This document shows positions 52,510-64,000 of a stretch of DNA of 64,000 nt, piece by piece; the stretch's first letter is position 1; each line of letters opens with the position of its first letter. The notes beneath the pieces are model-generated. The model worked only from the letters and a program-made list of their open reading frames with translations, was not told the DNA's origin and searched no databases. Origin of the DNA: Camelus dromedarius (taxonomy: Eukaryota). Where the stretch lies: assembly GCF_036321535.1 (NCBI RefSeq), contig NC_087436.1, forward strand, positions 36,210,001-36,274,000, written 5' to 3'. A program made the translations under genes and the position numbers.

Positions 52510-52945
52510 AAATGGTACCTCAAACTGAATTATTTGAAGAGAGTTTAATACTCTCTTTACAGAAGTCTAAGTAGGGTTTAAAGAAGCAGTACCCTAGAGT
52601 TAGTGGGAGTCGTTACAACCTCTAGGTCTTAGGAGCAAGCAGAGGGCACAGTTACGAGGATCTAGATCTAACTGCTGCCAAGAGCTGTGGTCTGGGTGGG
52701 AGGCTGGAGCTAACTTACAAAGACCCTGCTGGGAGGGAGGCATGAGAATAAATTCCTGATCTCATTTTCCTCCTATATTCCCGTGTCCTTCTGGTGCTTC
52801 CTATTGGGTAAACCCAGCTGAAATCCAGGAGGCATGGTAGGTCCCTGTGATGAGTTCATACAGATCCCCCCTCCCAGGACACAGAGCTGGATGGGGACGG
52901 GTGGAGAAGGGACATAGAAGGCACCAGAGAATCTCTAGCACAGAG
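52510..52945 (-). mobile_element. ERVL LTR33-like element
   Basis: CTATTGGGTAAACCCAGCTGAAATCCAG and GGGACGGGTGGAGAAGGG resemble the LTR33 minus strand. Confidence 0.55.
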
Positions 52946-54692
52946 GGGAAATGAACTTCCTAGGGTACTGGAGAACTGGAGGCAGAGCTATTATTTGGGG
53001 ATACCTCGGCACCGACTATACACTGACGTCTCCTGCTGATACTGAGAATGGTTCAAGGACCAGGTAAGCCTCCCATTAAATGGGATGACATATGGTGTTA
53101 GTGCAAGTTCTAGAATGGAGATTGCATGCCTAGTAAAAAAGGACAGGATTTTAGCCAGAATTATGTTTCCAGGCAGAAAAACCCTACACTGTATGGATAG
53201 TGTCAGTTTATCTTCTTGTCCCTGTCCCACCTCTGCCCCCAGGGACCCTGGGTCAAGGAAAGCCATGCTGAAATAGGCAACATCTGCTCCTGCTCTGTGG
53301 CCTCCTAATGTCCTATGAGATTTTGTATCCTTAGCTAATTAAATGGGAATTTAATTTCATTTTTTATCATATATATGTGAGTGTGGTTTGCTGCTGTCAG
53401 ACTAGAGCCCTGGAGAAACATTTGTCCATCTCTGACCTAAAGGAGAGTAAGATTGATTCAGTTTTGCAAAGGAGTTTTCTTTTATGAACCCATGAACTTA
53501 ACTGAAAAAGTATAATGACATTGATTGAAGCTATTGAGACCATTTTTGCTTTTTGGTGCTGGGTTGTATTCTGGATAGGGGAGGTCACTGGATCACTAGG
53601 TTCCAGACAGCTGAAGTGCTAGAGGATTCCTTCCCAGAGCTCCCTGCATGTGAATCCCCTTTTCTATTGGCTCAGTCCCCCGGGCCTACAGCAGACTTGG
53701 GGGTCCCATTTCCTAAAATGCTTTTGTCCATCTTTTTTCTCTTCTTTCCTTCACCACTGAACCTCTTCAAAGACTCGTCTCTACCTGTGACCACCTGGTG
53801 CCCCACTGCCCTCTCCACTCCTGAAACCACTATTAGTTTAAATATCCCCTCCCTTGCTTTGCTGAAAAGTGGAGACCAGTCATTGTCTTCCACTTAGACT
53901 GTTCGGGGCCTTCCTTCTTTGTCGTAGGGTGATACTGGCGTTACTTCATCTTGTAGGGTTCTTGTCTTTGGACCCTCCTTTCTGATCCTCTTCCTTTTTT
54001 CCTGGTGGCTGCTTCTCTGCTTCCATGATTATTGCCTTTTCCTGTTTCTGTTCCCCAAACAGAGGTATTTCCCCAGTTCCTTTCCCCAGCTCCTCCACCA
54101 AGAACTCCTCCTCTCTCTTTCATTTTAGAACTCTCTCCATACTTTTCCTCAACAAACAGCCATTCCCTTTGCATTAATTACCACTGCTTTGAGTGTGACT
54201 CCTAGATCTATCAACTTAGCCTGTATCCGGGTGCATAGCTGTCTCATTCCCATTTACTGGGTGGCTCTATCTACCTATGTGAGGGGCCAGCACAAACTGA
54301 ACTTGCAAAGTCAAACTCATTACGTTCTCCTGCAAATGAATACCTCCTGATGATTTATTTTCCAGCTCTCTGGCTCAGTACACTAGATGACGTGTGGGTC
54401 CTTGCCTCTAGTTGGCTCTAATTGCTCCCAGGGCTGGGCTTCAGGCTCCCTTGGACTTTGGGAACTCTTTCTGCCTGAGCTAGTTCAATTTAACCTCCTG
54501 TTACCTGGCCATAACCAGGAGTAACAGACATCTTAACTCCCAAGCTCTTTGATTGCCAAGTCCTAAAGATTCTGAACTATCTCTTGTCCATTTCCACTCT
54601 CTCCTCTGTTTTTCTGGACAGTGCAAATACCTGCTAATCAATCTCTGTAGCAACAGTCTAATCTACGATCTCATTTAAAAATCATTTTTCTT

Positions 54693-56352
54693 TGGTCACA
54701 CTGCCCAAGGCAATCTACAGATTTAATGCAATGTCTATCAAATTACCCAGGACATATTTCACAGAACTAGAACAAATCATAATAAAATTTATATGGAACC
54801 ATCAAAGACCTAGAATTGCCAAAGCATTACTGAAGAGAAAGAAAGAGGCTGGAGGAATAACTCTCCCAGACTTCAGACAATACTATAGAGCTACAGTCAT
54901 CAAGACAGCATGGTATTGGTACCAAAACAGACATATAGACCAATGGAATAGAATCGAGAGCCCAGAAATGAACCCACAAACTTTTGGTCAATTCATCTTC
55001 GACAAAGGAGGCAAGAATAGACAATGGAATAAAGACAGTCTCTTCAGAAAATGGTGTTGGGAAAATTGGACAGCAGCATGTAAAACAATGAAGCTAGAAC
55101 ACTCCCTTACACCATACACAAAAATAAACTCAAAATGGATCAAAGACTTAAACATAAGACAAGATACAATAAACCTCCTAGAGGAAAACATAGGCAAAAC
55201 ATTATCTGACATACATCTCAAAAATTTTCTCCTAGAAGAAATAAAAGCAAGAATAAACAAATGGGATCTAATGAAAAATGAAGCTTCTGCACAGCAAAGG
55301 AAACCATAAGTAAAACAAAAAGACAACCTATGGAATGGGAAAAAATTTTTGCAAATGAAACCAACAAAGGCTTGATCTCCAGAATATACAAGCAGCTCAT
55401 ATGACTCAATAAGAAAAAAATAGACAACCCAATCCAAAGATGGGCAGAAGACCTAAACAAGCAATTCTCCAAGGAAGATGTACAAATGATCAATAGACAC
55501 ATGAAAAAATGCTCAATATCATTAATTATCAGAGAAATGCAAATCAAAACTACAATGAAGTATCACCTCACACCAGTCAGAATGGCCATCATTCAAAAAT
55601 CCACAAATGACAAATGCTGGAGAGGCTGTGGAGAAAAGGAAACCCTCCACTGCTGGTGGGAATGCAGTTTGGTGCAGCCACTGTGGAAAACAGTATGGAG
55701 ATTCCTCAAAAGACTAGGAGTAGACTTACCATATGACCGAGGAATCCCGCTCCTGGGCATATATCCAGAAGGAACCCTACTTCAGGATGACACCTGCACA
55801 CCAATGTTCATAGCAGCATTATTTACAATAGCCAAGACATGGAAACAGCCTAAATGTCCATCAACAGATGACTGGATAAAGAAGAGGTGGTATATTTATA
55901 CAATGGAATACTACTCAGCCATAAAAACTGACAACATAATGCCATTTGCAGCAACATGGATGTTCCTGGAGAATATCATTCTAAGTGAAGTAAGCCAGAA
56001 AGAGAAAGAAAAATACCATATGAGATCACTCATATGTGGAATTTAAAAAGAAAAAAAAAGCATAAATAGAAAACAGAAATATACTCACAGACATAGAATA
56101 CAAACTTGTGGTTGCCAAGGGGGCAGGGGATGGGAAGAGATAGACTGGGATTTCAAAATTATAGAACAGATAAACAAATATAGCACAGGGAAATATATAC
56201 AAGATCTTATTGTAGCTCACAGAGAAAAAAAATGTGACAATGGATATATATATGTTCACGTATAACTGAAAATTTGTGCTCTACACTGGAATTTGACACA
56301 TTGTAAAATGATTATAAATCAATAAAAAAACACTTTCATAACAAAACAAACA
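54693..56352 (+). mobile_element. Young 5'-truncated L1 with target-site duplication; ORF2 C-terminal part disrupted
   Basis: ORFs 54692-55309 ([10 protein letters not shown]...[16 protein letters not shown]) and 55486-56046 (CWRGCGEKE...HCWWEC). TSD AAAAATCATTT(T/C)TCTT at 54677-54692 and 56353-56368. Confidence 0.95.
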
Positions 56353-58052
56353 AAAAATCATTTCTCTTAACTGCTACTTCACGTCATGCTCTTCCTCCAG
56401 AACCTCTAAGAGATTGGCACCATTTTCTGAATAAAGGACAGTTTTCTACACGTGGTTTTACTTATCTTCTCAGGCTCCTACCCACCCCGCCACCCCCTGC
56501 CCCACCAGCTACTTGCCAATTTTTACACTGCAGCCAAATAGAATGACTTGGTCATAATCCTACTACACAGAGCTGCTCTTTGTGTCACTGCTCATGCTGC
56601 TGGTTTCCATCAGACCTCTCAGCTTTTCTGCCATCATTTCTATAAAAATCCCACCATCCTAGTGCAAAACCTGCACTAAGCGACATTTATGACATAAGAC
56701 TTTCAGATTTCCCCAAGCAAAATTACATCTCTTAAACCATCAAATGCCTCATTTACTCTTAATTGCTTGTGTGCATAATTTATTTCTTCCACTAGACTGT
56801 AAGTACCTAGAGGCACCAGGGTCTTACTTAACTTGTGATGACATAGCTACTACTATGCTATGCTACAACACAGAGAGCATTCAAAACAAATCTTTTAAAG
56901 ATCATTGAATTAAGAAATAATGTTCTCTGGTAGATTGGGAACAAAGAAGTTGAATGTACGTGCTTGTGTGTGTGCATATGTGTGCATGCGTTGGGAGAGA
57001 GAGACACACAGGCAGAGGAAGAGACAGAGAGAAAAAGACATTTGAAGAACAGAATTAACGTCCACACTACAAGTGAATTCAAGATGCACACAAGTTGGCC
57101 AGTGATGCCAATTTTGCCTTGTATGGCTATTTCTCTTTGTCACTATGGAGAAACTGATTTAATGTTTTTTTTTTACCCTAGTTCATATTCTATATAATTC
57201 TTCTCTAAGTTTCTATGTGTTCTATTTTTACAAAGTACTATAATTTAAAAATTCAATTTCTAACTTTAAAAGATAATCTAAAGCATACTTTTTTGCTTAT
57301 TATATAAGGTTCTTAACAATGTAAATATAATACAGGCAAATTGTGCTTTTAGTCAAAATCAACAAAAAGTTTCAAACCATGTTTCCTATTAGTTTAGCTA
57401 TGCATACTCAATTTAAAACAGCAAGTAATGACTAGAAATGCAGGGGTTTTATATAAGATATGCAATACTTGCTTTTTCAAAGGATCTTTCCATTTCTCCT
57501 CTGTAACATATTTCAGGATAAACTGATGTTTTAAATGAGAATTAAAATGAGAAAGCATTAGTATTCTGGAAAATTTTTAAGATTATTAAAAATAATTGTC
57601 CACAAAATAAAGTCTTTTCCTTAAAATATATAGATAGTATGTTTTCCTTTTTATTCAAATAGTGAGAGTGATTTTTTTCAAGAGGAAAAACTGCATAACA
57701 AAAATATTAAGCAGGTCATCATGAGTTACCAAGAGAAATTTTGACTGTCAAAATATACAACATCCATATGGGAACATGTCTGCATGTTTCATTGAATTGA
57801 GGTGTGCCTTTTGGAAGTCTTTATCAAATTTTCTACTTAAGTGCCTACCTCTTTAGTACCTACACAAGGCAGGCAGTCAGGAAAAGAGCAAGAAACCAGA
57901 AAAAATTGGAATCATCTGGAAGATGAGCTTTCTGATGACCACAATTCCAATCTTAAGAATACTCATTCCCAATGGATTAGAAGAACAGCAAGCTATAATA
58001 AAAAAGCAGTTTAACAGAATCTGAGCCATTATATGGTGTCTATACTTGGACT

Positions 58053-58538
58053 TGAAGGGGAACAAAACTTTCCCCCTACTCCTTATGGGCTCCAGCTGGG
58101 CCAGAGTATTATGCTGACACAAAACAAACTAACAGGAGGAAAGCATTACCTAAACATGGGAGCCTTCACAGGAAAACAGAGACCCAAAGAAGGGGCTGGG
58201 CCCAAGTGTTTACAACCTAGGGTGAACTGAGAGAGAGCATTGTGGGAAATAACTAAAATACATGGAGGGACCAAAGGAAGATAAAAGTTATTTTAACAAG
58301 TTCTGTTTGTACAGGGTTCTCTTGGCCTCCATTCCCCGACTCTGGTGACAAAAGATGTTCCTTTCCTCCCGGCACAGGGAGGGCATCTTTCACATGGGAG
58401 TTTTATCTCCTGCTTTCAGAAAGAAAAGGGGAGGTCAGAGCTCCTTTCTTGCATCTACTATTTTTCAAGCACTTTTAGCTAGAAATAACCCTCATGCCCA
58501 ATGTCATATTTTGGGGAGGCATATACTGCCGCTCTTCA
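58053..58538 (-). mobile_element. ERV1-type solo LTR related to 47425-47888
   Basis: Inverted termini TGAAG...CTTCA; near-TSD GACT/GCCT; motifs shared with the 47.4 kb copy. Confidence 0.75.
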
Positions 58539-59879
58539 GCCTCAGTGTGGATTTTGAGGGGTTTTTAAAGGTGAAGAGAGTAAAACGATCAAGCTTTAGA
58601 GAAAGGGAACTATATGGGAAAGCATATGGTAAAGAACCTTCGTCACATGTAGAACACTCTTTTATTGGCATTGGCTCTTCCATGCTGATCTCCTCCAGAT
58701 GAGCAAAACTGAGAGAGAGAAACCAAGGACCAATAATTAACAGGGAAGTTGGGCTGTTTTATGCACATGCCTGTGTTCTGGTTAGTATTCACTGACCTGA
58801 GAGTCCTTCATAATGATCCGTTTCAGAGAATGAACTGTAGCCAATCCTCAAATCCTTTATTTATTTATTTTTAATTTGCAAGGCATTCTGTTTTTTTTTT
58901 TTTTTTTTTTAAAGAACGGGTTTCTTTCTCTCCTTCTTATTTTTACTGGGGCAAATAATAAAAAAATAAGTTGCAATGCCACAGTAAACACTACAGTAAT
59001 AGTCAGGGGAAGCAGCGGAGGAGTAAACCAGATCTCTCATCTGACAGAAAACATTATTTGATAAACCAGAAAAGAAAAAAAAGCATGCAGATGACTGGAA
59101 GTGGATTGCATTTCAGGTTTTGGCTTTTCCGTCCTGCATGTTTAATATACAGAATGTGTGCTTGCTGTACTACTGGTCTAAGCAGAACCCCCTAGAAACA
59201 GGACACAGGTCAAACACAGATCATACTTCCTGTGCCTGTAGCCATCTGACAATTTGTTCTTGATTTCTTTGCCTTCCTTTGCACACACTCTGTTTCCTGG
59301 AGGACATCTTTGTTTATAAACACTAAGAGAAGAAATAATTTATCATGAGCCCTGATTTCTTTCCCCTAAATGACTTTTGTAACAACCTGAATTACCTTGA
59401 AGAGTAAGATGAGACTTCTGAGGGATGCACACCAGGCCATGGAATTTTCCTTCCACGGCATTTTTGATGACAATGACAATAGCCGAAGTAGCTGGTTAAC
59501 CAGCTGAGAAGAAAAACTACTTTTTAGAAAATAACTTCTTTAGATTGTGTTTTCTAATCTTTTTTTTTTAACATACCACTCTCGATCTGAAGTAAAAATT
59601 TGCAATGTAGAGCATTTTTGTTAGTTTTACTGAAAGGTAAAACCAAAAATGTTTAACATTTTCAACCTAATGATGTTGACTTTCATTTGTATGATTCTTT
59701 GTGTATTTTAAAACAGGTTCACATACAGTGTCTTTCTGAGTTTTCCAACGATCCTATTTACTAAAAAGAGTTTCAGACATGAAACTCAGAAGAAATAACC
59801 TGTTTATCCTTGTAATTGGGAAACAAGAAAAAAATAAGCAGGGCAATAGTATATCTAATAAAATGTTCATTTGATAATA

Positions 59880-59980
59880 GCTTTTTTTATTGGGGGGTAG
59901 GTAATTCATTTTACTTATTTACTTACTTATTTAATGCAGGTACTGGGGATTAAACCCAGTAACTCGTGCATGCTGGGCAT
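59880..59980 (-). mobile_element. Truncated tRNA-Ala-derived SINE (vic-1 type)
   Basis: GGGGGGTAGGTAATT...TTAATGCAGGTACTGGGGATTAAACCCAG; same layout as 60233-60374. Confidence 0.75.
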
Positions 59981-60232
59981 CCTACTGGCATTTATCATTG
60001 TTACAGATATTGTTAAATTGCTTCCCACAAAATTTGCATGGTATTATAATTATTAATTTAATTTAGGGTGTAAAATCTTCCCAGTTTATTACCTGAAAAC
60101 TGTAGCTTAGATGTCTTCTTCTAGTATAGATTTTTCATATGTCTTCTGCATGTTATGTCCTATTCTTTTCTTTAAAAAAAATTTTATTCAGCTTCTTTTC
60201 TTCGCTCAAACTATGTTTTTCCCTTCCAGTTT

Positions 60233-60374
60233 TTTTTTTTTAATTTTTTTTCTTTTGGGGGGGGAGGTAATCAGGCTTATTTATTTATTTATTTTAATGG
60301 AGGTACTGGGGATTGAACCCAGGACCTCATGCCTGCTAAGCAGGCACTCTACCACTGAGTTGCACCCTCCCCAC
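60233..60374 (-). mobile_element. Full-length tRNA-Ala-derived SINE (vic-1 type) with 14 bp TSD
   Basis: TGGAGGTACTGGGGATTGAACCCAGGACCTC...CTCTACCACTGAG. TSD TTCCCTTCCAGTTT at 60219-60232 and 60375-60388. Confidence 0.9.
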
Positions 60375-60389
60375 TTCCCTTCCAGTTTC

Positions 60390-62125
60390 ATTAATACAAC
60401 TGACATACAGCACTGTGTGAGTTTAAGGTGTGCAGCCTAAAGATGTGACTTATACAAACATGAAGTGATCATCACAGTAAGTGTGGTGAACATCCATCAT
60501 CCCATAGATACAACATTAAAGAAATAGAAACTGGAAGTTTGTACCTTTTGACCATCTTCATTCAATTCCTTTCCCTCTCCTCACTCCTCTTACAAGAAGT
60601 AGTCAGAAATCTGATCTCCTTTTCTGTGAATTTGTTGGGTTTTTTTTGAAGTATAATTGACCTACAATACTATGTTAGTTCCTGGTACACAACACAGTGA
60701 TTTGATATTTCTGTACATTTTGAAATGATCGTAAGCCTGGTCATCATCTCTCACCACACAAAGATATTACTTACTGCTTATATTCCCCACACTGTACATT
60801 TCATACCCGTGATTCAATTATTTTGTGACTGGAAGTTTGTACCTCAATCTTCCTCACCTATTTCTCTTCTTTCCCCAATCCCCTCCCTTCTGACAACCAC
60901 TTGTTTGTTTTCTGTATCTATACCTCTGTTTCTGTCGTTACGTTTGTTCATTTGTTTTATTTTTTTGGCTCCACATATAAGTGATATCATACAGTATTTG
61001 TATTTCTCTGACTTATTTCACTTAGCATAATACCCTCTAAGTCCATCCATGTTGTTGCAAATGGCAATATATCATTCTTTTTTATGGCTGAGTAGTATTC
61101 CTGTGTGTGTGTGTGTGTGTGTGTGTGTACACCACATCTTCTTTATCCATTAATCTATAGATGGGCACTTGGGTTGTTTCTGTATCTTGGCTATCATAAA
61201 CAATGCTACAATAAACACATGAGTGTATTTATCTTTTCGATTAGTGTTTTTGTTTTCTTAGGATGAATACCCAGGACTGGAACTGCTGGATCATGTGGTA
61301 GTTCTATTTTTAGTTTTTTGAGGAATCTCCATTGTGTTTTCCACAGTGGCTTCACCGATTTACATTCCCACCAACAGTGCACGAGGGTTCCCTTTTCTCC
61401 ATATCCTCACCAACTCCTGTTATTTGTTGTCTTTTTGATAATAGCCATTCTGTCAAGTGTGAGGTGATATCTCATTATGGGTTTGATTTGCATTTCTATG
61501 ATGATTAGTGATGTTGAGCATCTTTTCATGTACCTGTTGGCCATCTGTATTTCCTCTTTGGAAAAACTGTCTATTCCAGTCCTCTGCCCATTTTTTAATT
61601 GGGTTGTTTATTTTTTTGATGTTGAGTTGTATAAGTTCTTTGTATATTTTGGATATTAAACCTTTGTTGGTTATATCGTTTGCAAATATCTTCTTCCATT
61701 CAGTAGGCAGCCTTTTCATTTTGTTAATAGTTTCCTTCACTGTGCAAAAACCTTTTAGTTTGATGTAGTCTAATTTATTTTAACTCATTCCCCTTGCCTG
61801 AAGAAATAGATCCAAAAAATATAGCCAAGACCTATGTCAAAGAGTGTACTGCTTATCTTTTCTTCCAGGAGTTTCATGGCTTTAGGCCTCATATGTAAGT
61901 CTTTAATCCATTTCAGCATATTTTTGCATATGGTATGAGAAAGTAGTCCAGGTTGATTCTTTTGCATGAAGCTGTCAAGTTTTCCTAATACCATTTATTA
62001 AAGAGGCTATCTTTCCCCATCTTCTATTCTTGCCTCCTTTGTCATAGATTAATTGCCCATATAAATGTGGGTTCATTTTTGGGCTCTTTATTCTGTTCCA
62101 TTGATTTTTGTGTCTGTTTTTGTGA
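60390..62125 (-). mobile_element. L1 (L1MA-like) 3' part on the minus strand plus an adjacent second tail fragment; (GT)n at ~61102-61127
   Basis: Minus [23 protein letters not shown]...[11 protein letters not shown]; typical reversed L1 3' UTR at 60645-61100. Confidence 0.9.
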
Positions 62126-64000
62126 ATGGCTATTCTTTCAAATAATAGAATTAGCTCCGAATTGGTGGGGAAATTTTTCCTTGATTCCTTGCTCTATTTA
62201 GGAGAGGATGATTTCCTTCCTTCTGGCCAAGAGTTTGACAGTTCTTTGTTTTTCCCTTTAGCTGTGGGCAAAACAGCTGTCTTCCTTCTCTTTGTTAGAC
62301 TGCATCAAACTCGATGCGTGCATCAAGGCAAGGGTGTATCAGACTCAGTGGAGAGGACCCTGGAGCTCTGGTCCCTTCCCCCTGCAGGAGATCCTGGGGA
62401 AATAGTGTCTTTGCTAGTAAGATTATCAATCCTGACCAATCTGGGCTCATCACTTTCACCCAGTCCACAAAACAGGGGAGCAAAGTGAAATTTTAGTGGC
62501 CCAACTTAGGTCAAAAACGAGCTGTTGTGCTAGAGAGATTTCCTTATTGGACTTCCTAGCCTCCCCAATCCCTATCCTACCAAACGATTTGACAGTTTCA
62601 ATTTCTTATCTATCCTTTAATAAAATTTACTTCAATCTTTGCTGAAGCTTTCAGTTATTGCATTCTAAGTGTTCTTGGCAAGAAGTGGAAGTTTATTATG
62701 ATCCAAACAGTACAAATTTAATCAGTTAAATATTAGTTAATCAGGAAAAGAAAATTTCCCCATCCAATACTAGGCCTGCTTATCTATTAGGTAATTTGAT
62801 TGCAAATGTCTTAAAAGTAACAGATGAATTTAGCACGTTTTGTTCCAAAATGATATGAGGTCAACTATTAGGATCCCACTCTTATTTTATTGACTTTTAT
62901 TTATATCCAATGTATTCCATTATTATCCATAATAATAGTAAAATAATAATAAAAATGGAAAACACATACAGCAAGCACTACGTGCCAAGCACTTCTAAGG
63001 ATTTAATGTGTATCAAAGCACGACACATAATGGCTAAATATCTCACTTAAAGCCTGGCAGACAGTGGCTATACTATGCATAAGGCTCTGTGTTCCAGCAG
63101 AGATGCTTTTCAAATCTGCATCAGAGCTTCTTACTGGACATAATGAAAAAATGATCAATTACACCACAGTAACTATAAGATAAAAATAAGCCAATTTATC
63201 AGAAGTATGGAAAATTCTTGTTTCTGTGAGCCAAGAGAAAATTCTTCCATGGTTATTCAAAAAAATGGAATGTGTAGATCACACCAATGTCAACCCTAAC
63301 TAACAATTAGGTCCATAAACTTTTTTCCTTATAACTTTCTGCAGTGTAGGCTGAGAGCTTAACACCCAAGCTTAAGTTAAGAAAAAGCAATTTTGTAAGA
63401 GGCCAATATACAATGCCGTACGTAGAAACTTTTCTGTAAACTGTCTTGCTCAAGGTATAAAATTTAGCCTATTTTGAGAGATGGTTAATCCATTAGGAAG
63501 TCCTCTACAAATATGATTTTCCAAACTGAGATTTTGTAATCATGAGGTGTCACAGAATTCACAGGTATACTCTGTTAGGTAACTAACAGGCAGACATCCC
63601 ATATAACTATTTGAGGATAGAATCATACGCTTCAACAGTCAGCCAGCCAAGGGACTTTTTTTTTTAAATCATATTGACAAAGTATGAGAAGCCTAACTGG
63701 GGTACATGCTTCTTTAAGGAGGTAGGATTACGGAGTGTCTGCCAACACATCAAGGTTCTACAGTTACTTTTATGGTAAGTTGTATTATTGGCTTTAACTC
63801 TTCATCCCATATTGTAACTTAGAGCTTACTCTGTGACTTAGTAGTTCCTTCTACTAAAGGTGTAGTTGGCTATTCCATTGGCTTGGGCAGAAGTGATAGG
63901 AGGCCAACTCTGAACCTAGACCTTAAGAGATCCCGCATATTTTTCTTGTTCTCTTGCAACTATGCTACCACCATGAGATGGACTTAATTTGCGTAGTTGC

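Noticed and set aside
54692..56046. 205-aa and 186-aa ORFs as host genes
   Set aside because: Disrupted L1 ORF2 fragments inside a TSD-flanked insertion.
60296..60372. Possible tRNA-Ala gene
   Set aside because: Has a SINE tail, poly(A) and a 14 bp TSD, with mutated stems.
1..64000. NUDT6 (FGF-antisense) exons, CRISPR arrays, rRNA or prokaryotic-type systems
   Set aside because: None seen. NUDT6 overlaps the FGF2 3' end, which lies outside this window.

Overview
Mammalian DNA, very probably camelid: it carries tRNA-Ala-derived vic-1-type SINEs, and I saw no Alu, Bov-tA or PRE-1 elements. The only protein-coding exon I can support is exon 1 of FGF2 (basic FGF) on the minus strand (ATG 30562, splice donor after 30385), inside a CpG island at about 29.9-31.3 kb. 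Bases 1-30384 are FGF2 intron 1; exon 2 was not found in the window. Bases from about 31.3 kb to 64 kb are repeat-rich upstream sequence (L1, L2, MIR, MaLR/ERV LTRs, SINEs). The most notable observations are: (1) a ~240 bp, ~90% identical inverted duplication just inside intron 1 that could form a long pre-mRNA duplex; (2) a rearranged FGF2 leader with two in-frame CUG starts, where the homologue of the human 34 kDa CUG opens a separate 52-codon uORF; (3) an old ~190 bp direct duplication in the intron; (4) a concentration of AP-1/ARE motifs on the intronic side. I see no convincing wholly new multi-gene system. Repeat family names and human FGF2 comparisons come from recall, not database searches, and repeat boundaries are approximate.
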